64,000 nucleotides of DNA from Nitrosopumilaceae archaeon (GTDB taxonomy: Archaea; Thermoproteota; Nitrososphaeria; Nitrososphaerales; Nitrosopumilaceae), in contig CBDATR010000024.1 in assembly GCA_965200155.1 (NCBI GenBank), forward strand, positions 192,001 to 256,000, in the 5' to 3' direction. A program made the position numbers and the translations under genes. Shown in pieces: positions 21,263 through 31,709 of the stretch. The stretch's first letter is position 1. Each line of letters opens with the position of its first letter. The notes under the pieces are model-generated. The model worked only from the letters and a program-made list of their open reading frames with translations, was not told where the DNA came from and made no database searches.

Positions 21263-21379
21263 ATGAATGCACATCGCTCATGTCCAATCTGTGTCTGTGG
21301 ATCAAAGAAATTTCGCAGACTTGACACTAAATCACTAAGACTGCAATGCATTGTCTGTGGTAACGAATTTAGCTTGTGA
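21263..21379 (+). CDS. 38-aa zinc-ribbon microprotein (absent from the ORF track)
   Basis: MNAHRSCPICVCGSKKF...LQCIVCGNEFSL; ATG directly follows the nadM stop. Confidence 0.55.
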   Translation: MNAHRSCPICVCGSKKFRRLDTKSLRLQCIVCGNEFSL

Positions 21380-21380
21380 C

Positions 21381-22332
21381 TCAATAGTACGAAAAGTAAG
21401 TCCGCTTAGGATCCGGCGTACAGTAGCTCAGATTGCACAAGCCAGATGGTAAAGAGAATAACAGATAAATCAAGACAAGAGGTGTTGCCACAACCAACAT
21501 AGCTCAAGACCTGAAACAAGACACGTACGAAGATTGTGAACCAGATAACGGGAACGACTCGAGTAAAGATGGGTAGGCCCATGATACCAATCACCGCCAC
21601 CAAGATACGAATGGTAATTGAAGCATACAGCAAGGACCCCGCCGGAGTAGTACGTATTGCAAATAGACTTAGACATACATATCGCGCAGTATATCGCATA
21701 ATGAAAAAGAACGGCACGACAGTCTCATCACCTGCAAAGTCAGAGTGGGTACGCTATGAGCATAAATATTCCAATGCAATGTGGCACTGGCATGTCATGA
21801 AAAGATGAGCGCTTCAGGGGACTGAATCTCATAGATGATGCATCCAGGTGCATAGTCGGAGCGGCACTATTCTAGCATGCAGCCTCAGAGAACGCCGCTC
21901 TATTACTGAGACTGGCGATAAAGAGATTCGGCGCCCCTGCATCTCGGATAACGGCGCGTGTTTCGTAGGACAATAAAAGGGCAAAAAGAACTGGAAACCC
22001 ACTATTCTAGGAAGAACTGCTGAATCAAGACATCATACTAATCAATTCCAGACCATACCACCCGCAGACAAATGGCAAACTGGAGCGCTTCCATGGAATG
22101 ATTGAGGACGAGGGGACTCTTATTTAAGAGTCCAATGAGATATGGCATTATGACAGTCTCCGGGATTATATAGACTGCTACAATGAGAGAAGGTTGCACT
22201 TCTCACTGGATATAGATAACGGCGAGACACCACTCCAGGAATAAAAAGGCGATCCAGACAATTAGGGCAAATGATGCAAAATGGATGGAGCGAGATGCCA
22301 ATGACTAGCGGACCGACTTTTCATATATTACA
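21381..22332 (+). mobile_element. IS481-like element copy 3
   Basis: Same ends and decayed transposase. Confidence 0.88.
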
Positions 22333-22515
22333 ACCACACCAAAACAGCACAGGCCCAACTAGAACTCACCACGACGGATTGGTGGTCTTACACGTGATAG
22401 TATGTTTATGTTATTTTCACGCCGGTGTAGTATGTCATTGGAATGATCCTCGTACGCCCGCCTACACGCGACAGACGCTTGTATATGGCACCCAGATCAC
22501 AAATTGCTTGTAGTG
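22333..22515 (-). pseudogene. Internal 5'-side fragment of the tnpB element
   Basis: Reverse complement aligns with about 17515-17690; begins ACCACAC at the IS481 right end. Confidence 0.75.
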
Positions 22516-22700
22516 GGAGTATGTGTCTAAACTTGAATGTGATGGATAGCAACGATTAGTATGATTTAGACACGTAATTGAAGACGTAAACTCATACTGG
22601 TATTGCACATTTTATGAGTCGTCCTCTTTTGGTATTGATCCCTTTTAAACCAGTAACAAAAACTTATGGTATTCACTATGATGTCTCTGATAATTCAGAT

Positions 22701-22827
22701 GTAACCATTTAGCTTGCGTTAACATCTAAACAATAAATCATAGACGTATGTGAGACATTATGAAAAAGAATGGGGCATGCTAGCGGTGTATTTTAGACGG
22801 TTATCAAGGGGTGACCCAAACTGTTAC
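22701..22827. mobile_element. MITE family B, degenerate
   Basis: GTAACCATTTAG ... GTGACCCAAACTGTTAC; interior similar to 12986-13127. Confidence 0.65.
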
Positions 22828-22836
22828 AGTTCAATC

Positions 22837-22928
22837 GTATGAGTTCACGTCTTCCGGAATCTTGTGCACAAATCACATTAACTGTCACGATCAGTTATGC
22901 GTAAATTTAGACACAGGTGAACTCATAC
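22837..22928. mobile_element. MITE family A, 92 bp
   Basis: 12-bp TIR; TSD GTTCAATC. Confidence 0.96.
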
Positions 22929-22986
22929 GTTCAATCTGTCCTGCATCATTAGACAACAATTTATGGCGCATCAGCGTAGCTACATA

Positions 22987-23139
22987 ATGAACTGTAATGC
23001 ATGCCATCACACCTACGCCGCTCATGTACAAGACCACGGTTCCGCTTCCATACTAAAACTAGGTCGGTGTAACATACCCGGTTGTTCTTGTGATCAGTTT
23101 CAAGAATCTATACGTAAAATAGATGAGGAGTTGGATTAA
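22987..23139 (+). CDS. 50-aa Cys/His metal-binding microprotein (absent from the ORF track)
   Basis: MNCNACHHTYAAH...LGRCNIPGCSCDQFQESIRKIDEELD. Confidence 0.7.
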   Translation: MNCNACHHTYAAHVQDHGSASILKLGRCNIPGCSCDQFQESIRKIDEELD

Positions 23140-23149
23140 CTGTTCATGG

Positions 23150-23254
23150 CATTGTCTTGATTCTTCTTTTCACCTATGCCCTTTCGTGGCTTGTGCAGCC
23201 TGAAATAGCCCGTGATGGTACGCCGGATCCTGAGTGCTCTTTTCGTACCATTGA
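23150..23254 (-). mobile_element. IS481-like left-end fragment
   Basis: TACGCCGGATCCTGAG...CTTTTCGTACCATTGA. Confidence 0.7.
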
Positions 23255-23278
23255 CTTGACTATGACGTACCTGTGACA

Positions 23279-23596
23279 TCAATTGCATGATGGCTTCAAC
23301 GCAGTAATAACACGATCTGTTATGCGCCTTCTCTCGTACTCATCAGACTCAAACATGGGTAGTATTGCCAGATAGAGATTCTGCTCAGAGCCTGCCATAC
23401 TAATCCAGCACTTGAAGGAGTCCATAGACGTAAAAAACGCACGATCATGTGTTTGTTCGCATACTCCTGCATATGTGGGCCTGAACTGATCCTTGTCTCT
23501 TGATAATATTATGTAGACCACTTTCTCCATAGGTGGTCCCCAATCATCTAGTGGTACCGGGCCCAAGAACTCGTAGTGAAGTATTTGTATGCTCAT
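23279..23596 (-). CDS. Conserved-looking hypothetical protein
   Basis: 105 aa, YEFLGP.PL..WGPPMEKVVY...LYLAILPM...P.CN. Confidence 0.75.
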   Translation of the reverse strand: MSIQILHYEFLGPVPLDDWGPPMEKVVYIILSRDKDQFRPTYAGVCEQTHDRAFFTSMDSFKCWISMAGSEQNLYLAILPMFESDEYERRRITDRVITALKPSCN

Positions 23597-23771
23597 AGTA
23601 TGGTGTAATATGCGCGCCTTTTTTCCTTTGCGTATGGAAAGAACTCCTCAATAGTACGTAAAGTTAAGCATAGCTGAGATCGCGCCAATTTTCCCTAGTC
23701 ATAGCTTTTCGTATGATTATGGTGAAAAATATATCTCAAGCACGTAAGATACAATAATTAAAAATTAAAAA

Positions 23772-26105
23772 TTAGTTAACTGAGTTGGTTGTTAACGAAT
23801 ATGAGCCGGTGTTTCTCCAGCCGTCTTCGGTTACCTCCCAGATACTATAGTCTCTGGGACGAAGGTCGCCATCTTCATTTAATGCTGTACTTCCTATAGC
23901 TCCTACATAGTTCTCTGCCAAATCAATGAATACGCTCTTTAGTGAACCTGCATCAGTGGCACCAGTCTGTAATATTGACATGCCTACCAACCAAGATATA
24001 TCATATGCATTGTTAACATATGTTATGGGCACCTCACCTAGCTTATCCACGAAGTACTGCTGAACCCTAGTGTGTTTGTTATTATCCGGTTCAATTATTT
24101 GCAACGCCGTCAAGTTGGTTTCTGTTACAATCTCGCTCGCAATTGGATCATTCAAAATGTTGGTCTTTTTGGCCAGTGTCTCGGCTCCGAACCACTGAAC
24201 TTGATTTAGCACGTCATAGTTACTGGCTGTCTGCAATATTTGTATGGACTCGTCAAACGCAACAAGGAACACGGCTACATTCTCAGCACCATGCTCGTTC
24301 ACTGCACTCTGCACATCATCGGCTAGCGCCTGTACAGATACACTAAATTCCACTAGGTCTGGGTTGTATCGCACACCTTCGTAGGAAACTTTACCGCTGT
24401 TCTCAAAGTTGGCTTTGGTGGCCTCAACTAGTTGGTCACCATAGTCATCTCCTCTCCATATGGAAACAAACGCCTCAATATCGCGGTCCACAAGCAATCC
24501 ACTTACTGCGCTTGCCTGATAGACGTCATCTGACGCAAGTCTGAATATACTGTCATTCGGAATCGCCAAATTGGACGCAGTTGAGCAGCAGCTGATGAGC
24601 ATCATGTCATTTGTGTCTGCATATGCCTTTGCGTTGGTGACTGTGGAACTTATTCTAGGTCCAATTACAACATCTATTCCTCTTGAATAGAGTGTCTGAA
24701 CTTTTTCTAGCGCTACCGAAGGATTAGTGGCCGAATCTTCTGAAACTATAACCATATTCCATCCTGCATCTATGCGATCAAGAATCCGATTAAAGTCATC
24801 AGCGCCTAATTGTGTAGCGTCTCGTGTATCATACCCTGTGGAGTCTTGACGACCAGTAAGTGGGTATAGAGATCCTATCATCACATCACCTTCCGGCTGA
24901 TTTGAAGCTAGTACAATATCTAGCTCACCTACGTATTTTGATACTACAGTCCATGAACCATCTACTATGCTAAGTATATCATAGTCCACTCTTGCAATAT
25001 CACCGTTCGCATTTAGCGCAATGTCTGTCATGGCACCACTATAATCACTGGCGATTATGGGAATATACTCTTTGATGGCATCCGCATCAGTACTACCTGC
25101 TGCTTCAATGGCCGAGCCTATTACCCATACAGTATCGTACAATTGAAGATCGTATGGTGTTGGTGTGCCGCCTTGCTCAACAATGCGTTGGTTCAAGTCA
25201 TTAGCTCTTGGACCTTCACTTTGTATGAATTGTATGCCGGTTAGGTCTACGTCATTCACGAATGCAGAGGTACGATCCTCGGTTAGGTGCGCATCTCCAA
25301 CTAGACTACTTGAAGTAAACCATTGTACCTCCTTGAGTGTAGAATATCTATCTGCGGCTTGGAATAATTGCAAGCCATCGCCCTCAAGGGCAGCCACAAA
25401 GACTGCCACTTTGTCTGCTCCGTACGTCTCTATTGTGCTGCTGACATAGGCGTTTAGATGATCGGCCTCTTGCGAAAAGTCTGTATCAAGAGGGTTATAT
25501 CTTAGACCGGTCTGTACAAATCCGCCATAGTTCGTGCTAAACTCTGTGGAAAGGGAAACTATAAGATCATCACCGTAAGTGTCTGCTCTCCACACTGGCA
25601 CAATTGCCTCGATACCATTTTCGCTTAATATCCTAGCTACTACTTGTCCCTGATTTTCGTCGCTGGCTTCAAGCCGGAATATGTTATCTCCCGGTATGGC
25701 CATACTCGCTGCTGTGGATGTTGGTGATACCATAATAACACCATTCTCGTCTGCAAAGCTCTTGAGCAGAGACACCTCTGCGCTTGTGAATGGCCCAACA
25801 GTTGCTGTGATTCCCCTTGCATGTAATGACTCAAGTCCACTTTGTGAACGTGCATTATCACTCTCTGTATCAATAATTACTATTTCAAGAGACCATCCCG
25901 CTCCGCTCTCGGCCAGATAGGCATTGAAATCTTCTACTGCCAGATCTGATACAACTTGGATGTTTTCAAGCTGTTCTACTTCTCCTGAAAGTGGATACAA
26001 TCCGCCTATTTCCACTGTGCCAGTAAGCTGAGCTGATGCCACATTTGGCACCATAGCTACCAACACTGCCATGGAAGTTATCATCAAAATACTTCTTACT
26101 TTCAT
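23772..26105 (-). CDS. Tandem two-domain ABC substrate-binding protein, branched-chain amino acid (LivK) family
   Basis: Two IG.LYPL(S/T)G ... IFRL..D..Q ... YD ... LN..GD domains; signal peptide at MKVRS (26105); the upstream 73 codons of the track ORF are IS5/intergenic DNA. Confidence 0.88.
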   Translation of the reverse strand: MKVRSILMITSMAVLVAMVPNVASAQLTGTVEIGGLYPLSGEVEQLENIQVVSDLAVEDFNAYLAESGAGWSLEIVIIDTESDNARSQSGLESLHARGITATVGPFTSAEVSLLKSFADENGVIMVSPTSTAASMAIPGDNIFRLEASDENQGQVVARILSENGIEAIVPVWRADTYGDDLIVSLSTEFSTNYGGFVQTGLRYNPLDTDFSQEADHLNAYVSSTIETYGADKVAVFVAALEGDGLQLFQAADRYSTLKEVQWFTSSSLVGDAHLTEDRTSAFVNDVDLTGIQFIQSEGPRANDLNQRIVEQGGTPTPYDLQLYDTVWVIGSAIEAAGSTDADAIKEYIPIIASDYSGAMTDIALNANGDIARVDYDILSIVDGSWTVVSKYVGELDIVLASNQPEGDVMIGSLYPLTGRQDSTGYDTRDATQLGADDFNRILDRIDAGWNMVIVSEDSATNPSVALEKVQTLYSRGIDVVIGPRISSTVTNAKAYADTNDMMLISCCSTASNLAIPNDSIFRLASDDVYQASAVSGLLVDRDIEAFVSIWRGDDYGDQLVEATKANFENSGKVSYEGVRYNPDLVEFSVSVQALADDVQSAVNEHGAENVAVFLVAFDESIQILQTASNYDVLNQVQWFGAETLAKKTNILNDPIASEIVTETNLTALQIIEPDNNKHTRVQQYFVDKLGEVPITYVNNAYDISWLVGMSILQTGATDAGSLKSVFIDLAENYVGAIGSTALNEDGDLRPRDYSIWEVTEDGWRNTGSYSLTTNSVN

Positions 26106-26152
26106 TTGTGTTATATGCCAATATTTAACTATAAAAATGATTAGTATAACAG

Positions 26153-27333
26153 AGTTTGTTGCATAACTGACTTTGACAGAATACCGGTTCCCCATGTCGT
26201 AATCTACGTTGCTGCCGCGTCCACCCACTCGTTGTACTCGTATGTTATCCCATTTCCGCGCCATCAATCCGTGCCCGAATAATCGTTTGAACGGGAACCG
26301 GCTCTGATTATCTCGATTATCCATCGCCTGTTGTACCCTTTTGCCGCCTTCTAGTACTGCTTGTTTTCGGCCTTTTCCTCATCAGAAAGGCGGAAAATGG
26401 GCGATTCCGGGCTTCCTCCAAGACTGCAAGTCCCCATGAGTCGCCTCTCCTTTGGTGGAATTTAGCTGAAGTGGAATGGTTGTCCGGATTCGATTATCAC
26501 TGCACAATTTCATGTTATCCCTGGACGCGTATGCGCCATCTGCAAGCAACTCGAGGTTGCATGCGCGCTTCTCATCATTATTCAGTAAGAGGGACACACC
26601 GTTAGTCAGCGCCTTTCCGGGTTGTGGCTTATCTGTTGGTCCTGCCAGGGATGGCAACTGTTGCAATGGGTCCGGAACTTTCCAATTCCAGGGTGTGCTC
26701 CCTGTCCAGTTGTGGCTCTTCTGCATACGAGTCCAGTACTGCATTGTTTAACATGCGCGTATCCCCAACCCACTCGCCGGTAACCGTAAATGCATATGCT
26801 CTCCCAGTCCGCGAGCATTGATGAATCCGCGTCTCTTTTTCCATTTGGTTCTAATCCACTCGCCACGATTCAAGGCCGGTCGAGTCCACAATCATTGGCC
26901 CTCGTCAGCTTTTTGTCTGTGCCGACAATCATGCCATTCCCCTTGTTAATGTCAAGATCTTTTACGCGTCTGTATATTGTGGAGTAGTGCGGGGTTTGAT
27001 GCCCTTCCAGTAGTCCTGCAAGGAATCCGGATACCTGCCTGTATCTCACACCTAATGCCGTTCTCAGTGTCATGTAACATGTCCACGACATACCGGTAGG
27101 GAGCACCCTCCTTGTTATGGTTAGCCTTTTCAATCCCATGCATGATCAAAGCCAAATAGCCTCCCGCTGGACGTACTTGGAATTGTCGGTGAATACCATC
27201 AAGTTTGTTTAAAAAGTCTCAGCTATTAATGCTTGGATCCAATCTAGTAATCACTGACAGAATGAACGAAAATACTCAAACCGTTCCTCACATACATTTT
27301 TAATCTAACTTGTTTGGAGTTATGCAACAAACT
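26153..27333 (-). mobile_element. IS5-family (IS903-like) element, transposase decayed
   Basis: 16-bp TIR AGTTTGTTGCATAACT; fragments HYSTIYRR, LLADGAYAS, FKRLFG..L.AR..DN. Confidence 0.82.
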
Positions 27334-27339
27334 ATCATT

Positions 27340-27438
27340 GTATGAGTTCACCTGTGTCTAAATTTACGCACAACTGATCGCGACAGTTAAAGAATCGGTT
27401 CTTTTGTGCACAAGATTCCGGAAGACGTGAACTCATAC
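27340..27438. mobile_element. MITE family A, 99-bp variant
   Basis: 12-bp TIR; TSD CTATCATT. Confidence 0.95.
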
Positions 27439-27484
27439 CTATCATTTGCACAACTGATAAATAATATCAATAGTAAAGTTCAAG

Positions 27485-28408
27485 TTGTTCATATCCCCGG
27501 TGTATTTTGACGCCATAGTGTTCTCCAGCCTGTTGGTATTACTTAGCTTGGGGCTCACCCTCACATACCTCACCACCAGGGTACCCAATTTTGCTCATGC
27601 GTCATTTGCCACCATAGGCGTATTCATGACGCTGATAGTCATACGAGTCTGGGAGTCAAATCCCTACATAGCCATACCCATCGCATTTGTGATATCCGGT
27701 CTCGTAGCCGTTGCATTATATGTCACCGTGCTCAAGCCCCTTGCCAAAAGAGGGGCGACAGAGGCCATGCAGATGATCGCAACCCTGGCATTTGACATGA
27801 TACTTATCGCGGCCCTGAACATATTAGCCGATTATCTGACAGACTTGTTCCGCATAAAGGCAAGGGAGTTTACCCTGCGCAGTTACGACTTGGATTTTTT
27901 TGACCTGCCCATGATAGTGGTCGTAGCCCCCCTTGCGGTAATTGCAATAGTCGTGACACTATACTTCATGCTCAAAAAGACAAAGTTTGGAATTGCGGTA
28001 CGCGCCGCCACGGTGAATCCGGACCTCTCCGGCACTGTGGGAATAAACGTAAAGGCCGTCTTTGCCGTGGCGTGGATAATAGCAGGGGGTTTGGCAGGAA
28101 TAGCCGGAGCCCTGATGGCACTGTGGTTCCTGGGAGATCCCAACTTGGGGCCACTCATAATACCCAGTATCTTTGCGGCAAGCATAGCTGGCGGTTTTCT
28201 GAGCATATTCGGAGCCGTAGCCGGTGGACTTTTAGTGGGATTTGCAGAGGTCCTGGGCACACTCTTCTTGGCTGGCCAGCTGGGTTCCTGGGTTATCGCG
28301 TATAGGCCACTGATACCCCTTATCATAATAGCCATTGTTCTAATGTTCATGCCCCATGGCATCACCGGTGTAAACTGGTACAAGATAAGGAGCAGGATAT
28401 GGCGCTAG
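27485..28408 (+). CDS. livH: Branched-chain amino acid ABC permease, LivH-like
   Basis: LGLTL.Y...VPNFAH, TKFGIAVRA, GLAGIAG, P.GI.G. Confidence 0.85.
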   Translation: MFISPVYFDAIVFSSLLVLLSLGLTLTYLTTRVPNFAHASFATIGVFMTLIVIRVWESNPYIAIPIAFVISGLVAVALYVTVLKPLAKRGATEAMQMIATLAFDMILIAALNILADYLTDLFRIKAREFTLRSYDLDFFDLPMIVVVAPLAVIAIVVTLYFMLKKTKFGIAVRAATVNPDLSGTVGINVKAVFAVAWIIAGGLAGIAGALMALWFLGDPNLGPLIIPSIFAASIAGGFLSIFGAVAGGLLVGFAEVLGTLFLAGQLGSWVIAYRPLIPLIIIAIVLMFMPHGITGVNWYKIRSRIWR

Positions 28409-29460
28409 ACTCTGCGTTTATCTTCATAACCGACCTTATTGCCATATTTGCAATATACGCCATCATAAACCTGAGTCTTAATCTGGAGTTCGGGTACGCG
28501 GGCGTTCCCAACTTCGGCAAAGTGCTCGCAGTGGGAGCTGGCGCTTTTGTGGCCGCCTCTGTACCAGGCCGCATAATAGCAGGTATAGCCGGTGTCGAGG
28601 GAGATTACATACAGCAAAATCTCTTTGTGGTATCTCAGCTAAACGATTGGCTGGTACTTAATGCAGGCATAGGCATAGTCATATTCCTGTTTACGCTGGG
28701 GATTGCAGCAGTGGTGGGTGGCGCCTTGGGTGCCATAACTGCATATCCTGCTCTGCGACTGCGAGGGGATCACCTAGCCATCACGCTACTGGCCTTTGGG
28801 GAGAGCATACGTATTATAGGAAACAACTTCCCACCACTGGTAGGCGGTACGCTGGGAGTGCAGGTTCCGGATCCGCTCTCATTCTTGCCTGACGAGGTAA
28901 GGTTTCCCGCCGCCAGTATCATCCTGCTCGCAATGGCGGCCATAGTTTACGTATACTGCGAGTATACAATCCGCTCGCCATTGGGACGCTCCCTGCGGTC
29001 ATTACGGGACAACGAGGTAGCTGCCGAATCAGTAGGAAAGGATGTGAATCGCATGCGCATCAAGACAATCATGGTAGCTTCTGCCCTGGCTGCCATCGCC
29101 GGTGCCCTCTATGCCATATACGTAAGCAGTACAATTGCCATCGCGTATGATCGCGCCAGCTGGACTTTCTGGCCATTCCTTATGATTCTCATAGGCGGTT
29201 TGGCCAACAACAAGGGCATACTCCTGGGAACACTGATATTTGTTGCACTGCGCAAGTTAATCATATTCTTCAAGGACTCTTTCCAAGGGTTTGTTCCGTT
29301 TGATGTGGTGTGGCTGGACCTGCTACTGCTAGGAGGCATACTGCTTGTAGTCCTGCTCTTCCGCCCGCAAGGAATAATTGCCGAAAAGACAACCCACACA
29401 CTGGGCTCACCCAGCAGGGCAAAGGGCGTAAAGCGCATATTCAACCTGCTCTTCCGGTGA
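28399..29460 (+). CDS. livM: Branched-chain amino acid ABC permease, LivM-like
   Basis: LNLEFGYAG..NFG, LRLRGDHLAI.LLAFGE, SPLGRSLRSLRDNE, RPQGI. Confidence 0.88.
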   Translation: MALDSAFIFITDLIAIFAIYAIINLSLNLEFGYAGVPNFGKVLAVGAGAFVAASVPGRIIAGIAGVEGDYIQQNLFVVSQLNDWLVLNAGIGIVIFLFTLGIAAVVGGALGAITAYPALRLRGDHLAITLLAFGESIRIIGNNFPPLVGGTLGVQVPDPLSFLPDEVRFPAASIILLAMAAIVYVYCEYTIRSPLGRSLRSLRDNEVAAESVGKDVNRMRIKTIMVASALAAIAGALYAIYVSSTIAIAYDRASWTFWPFLMILIGGLANNKGILLGTLIFVALRKLIIFFKDSFQGFVPFDVVWLDLLLLGGILLVVLLFRPQGIIAEKTTHTLGSPSRAKGVKRIFNLLFR

Positions 29461-29589
29461 TATACGCGTCATGCCATAACGCCGGTATATCCGGCTACAG
29501 AATCGCCCTATAAGACACGACCCAAATGGCGCGTCAACAGACACTGTTGATTCACTAGAATACTGATAAGATCCCGTGATCTACACACG

Positions 29590-30264
29590 TCAGGGCCAGG
29601 CAGCGCACTCAGGTATATCACGATTTGGTACAAGGATACAAATTCCCGTTTCGCCTGTATGTTCCGCATCATCGGCAGTGCCAAACTTGCCATCCGGTCC
29701 CACCATCTCAGGATCCCAGTCAGTACTATTGCGCATCATATACTGCCCTATATTCGCGGGACCCTCCTGTATTGTGATGGGTCCCAGGCATTCGCCGTCC
29801 GGTTTGCATATTATTATTCTGTCACCCTCATCAATCTCGTACGCAGGAGGAAGGCTGCGGGGATCCTCTGCATATACTGGAAGTCCAGAGAAATCCATGC
29901 TCAGGAATAACGGAGTACCAAAAAAGTCAACGGTTGCCACATCTTCTACACAGGTACCGCCTATACACATCTCATATGGCATACCCGCGTACAATGCCAT
30001 GTACTCCGGCTCAAGTTCTGGCACTATCTCGGCAACCGTGGTCACGGCATCCTGCGCGGCAGGTATTATCACATCGGTGGCATCAATTACCTCTTGTACT
30101 CCCGGAACGTCCTCGCGTATATCCGAGATGGTCTCATCTACACTGTCGCGTACGGGAACAAACTGCTCCAACAAATCGGTCTGGTATATCAGGTAGTATA
30201 ACGAGAACCCCACGGCTCCCAGTATTATTATCACCTTTATGAGACCAAGTATCATACAATTCAC
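29590..30264 (-). CDS. Membrane-anchored acidic hypothetical protein
   Basis: N-terminal TM, paired Cys, GPDGKFGTADD motif. Confidence 0.65.
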   Translation of the reverse strand: MNCMILGLIKVIIILGAVGFSLYYLIYQTDLLEQFVPVRDSVDETISDIREDVPGVQEVIDATDVIIPAAQDAVTTVAEIVPELEPEYMALYAGMPYEMCIGGTCVEDVATVDFFGTPLFLSMDFSGLPVYAEDPRSLPPAYEIDEGDRIIICKPDGECLGPITIQEGPANIGQYMMRNSTDWDPEMVGPDGKFGTADDAEHTGETGICILVPNRDIPECAAWP

Positions 30265-30383
30265 CCCTGTTGTGTTTTTGATTGCATTTTTAGCTTATAA
30301 CCAGATGCCCAGGTTTGATAGTAGTGCGCGTCCATGCCATAGATTTTGACTACAAGATGGCAATCCGCTATCGGTAATACAGG

Positions 30384-30484
30384 GTGTGAGTTCACCTGTG
30401 TCTAAATTTACGCACAACTGATGGAACAGGTTGTTCTAGTTAATGTGATTTGTGCAGAAGATTCCGGAAGACGTGAACTCATAC
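30384..30484. mobile_element. MITE family A, 101-bp variant
   Basis: TIR with one mismatch; TSD AATACAGG. Confidence 0.95.
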
Positions 30485-30680
30485 AATACAGGCGTTACGG
30501 TAATGACAGAACGGCATCTCGGGGTACTGGTCTATCGCCGGTACCATAAAGACGTGACTGATATGCCCGGACTTGAATACAGACTAATGAAAAAGCGGCC
30601 GGAAGGGCATAAATGACAGGATCCAGAAAGAATGGATGGCACATGACCGGCAGACGTAAATACGCATACGAGAACCAGAC

Positions 30681-30920
30681 GCAACCGTTTAGGTCGCGTA
30701 AAATAACAGACAACCATCATGGGCATTTGTGAGGTATTATGATAGAAAAGGCAAGGTATGAGTTCACGCCTTCCGGAATCTTGTGCACAAATCACATTAA
30801 CTAGAACAACCTGTTCCATCAGTTGTGCGTAAATTTAGACACAGGTGAACTCATACAAGGCAAGAAGAGATATGCTCGCGTGTATTTCAAACGGTTGTCT
30901 ACGGGTGACATAAACGATAC
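30681..30920. mobile_element. MITE family B interrupted by a MITE A
   Basis: GCAACCGTTTAGGTCGCGTAAAA ... GTGACATAAACGATAC. Confidence 0.75.
30756..30856. mobile_element. MITE family A, 101-bp variant, nested in MITE B
   Basis: 12-bp TIR; TSD AAGGCAAG. Confidence 0.96.
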
Positions 30921-31020
30921 GGGTCAGACTGTATGGGACAGATACATTAATTCCACACACGTGTAATTTTATTATAAAATATGTCATTCTGTTTAAATAA
31001 CCGCAAGAATACTTGTTGAT

Positions 31021-31368
31021 GTGGCTAGAAAAACCACTCTGCCCCAGCTTGTGAAATATGACGTGTCGCAAAAGATTCTACAGACACTGGCAGATGCAGA
31101 GGCCCGGGCCCTACTCTTCTCTGTCATAAAGGAGAAGAAAAGTGCCGCGGAGCTAGCCGAGAACCTCAATATCCCACTTAGTTCAGTATACAAAAAGCTG
31201 GCCACACTAGAGGAGTTAGCCCTTATCGAGGTTTCATATACAGTAGTGGAGTACACACGGAAACGATTCAAGATGTATTATAGCCGCATAGCCAAGGCAG
31301 AGATCGATATCCGCAAGCCCCATTTAGATCCGGACTCGCTGAGACTCATCCCCAACTTAGGCTCATGA
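31021..31368 (+). CDS. ArsR-like winged-helix regulator
   Basis: KSAAELAENLNIPLSSVYKKL..LEELALI. Confidence 0.85.
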   Translation: MARKTTLPQLVKYDVSQKILQTLADAEARALLFSVIKEKKSAAELAENLNIPLSSVYKKLATLEELALIEVSYTVVEYTRKRFKMYYSRIAKAEIDIRKPHLDPDSLRLIPNLGS

Positions 31369-31709
31369 CCAGCAGGTCTCCAGTAATACGGATGAGTGAG
31401 TTTGACGTAACGCAGAGGATCATAGAGGCGGTAAGTAGTGTGAGTACTAGGGCCATCCTATTCTCCGTGTTGCACCAAGCCAAGGATGCCAATCATATCG
31501 CCATGGAGCTGCAGCTCTCCGTATCTACAGTATACAAGGCACTTACACATTTGGAGAATCTGGCACTAATCGTTGTAGAGAGATATTCGCTGGACGATGG
31601 AAAGAAGATCAAGATGTATCGGAGCCGCATAGGCCGTGTAGAGATAAACATGACCGGAACAGAACCAATACTGAACCTTTATCCCAATATCAAGGACCAG
31701 AAGGCCTAG
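31365..31709 (+). CDS. ArsR-like winged-helix regulator, paralogue of the upstream gene
   Basis: DV(S/T)Q.I...RA.LFSV...S.VYK.L..LE.LALI...KMY.SRI shared by both. Confidence 0.85.
   Translation: MTSRSPVIRMSEFDVTQRIIEAVSSVSTRAILFSVLHQAKDANHIAMELQLSVSTVYKALTHLENLALIVVERYSLDDGKKIKMYRSRIGRVEINMTGTEPILNLYPNIKDQKA

Noticed and set aside
22518-22597. MITE A-like fragments (also near 4895 and 10195)
   Set aside because: Too degenerate to delimit; no paired TIR or TSD.
23648-23722. Possible ~75-bp mini-element with IS481-like ends
   Set aside because: Single copy, right end poorly matched, no TSD.
26106-26324. 73-aa N-terminal extension of the LivK-like ORF, suggesting a transposase fusion
   Set aside because: Chance open frame through the IS5 3' end; a signal peptide starts at 26105.
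26416-26434. GGGGACTTGCAGTC on the minus strand resembling the hairpin micro-insertions
   Set aside because: No CCAA end or 3-bp duplication; reads as IS5 coding sequence.
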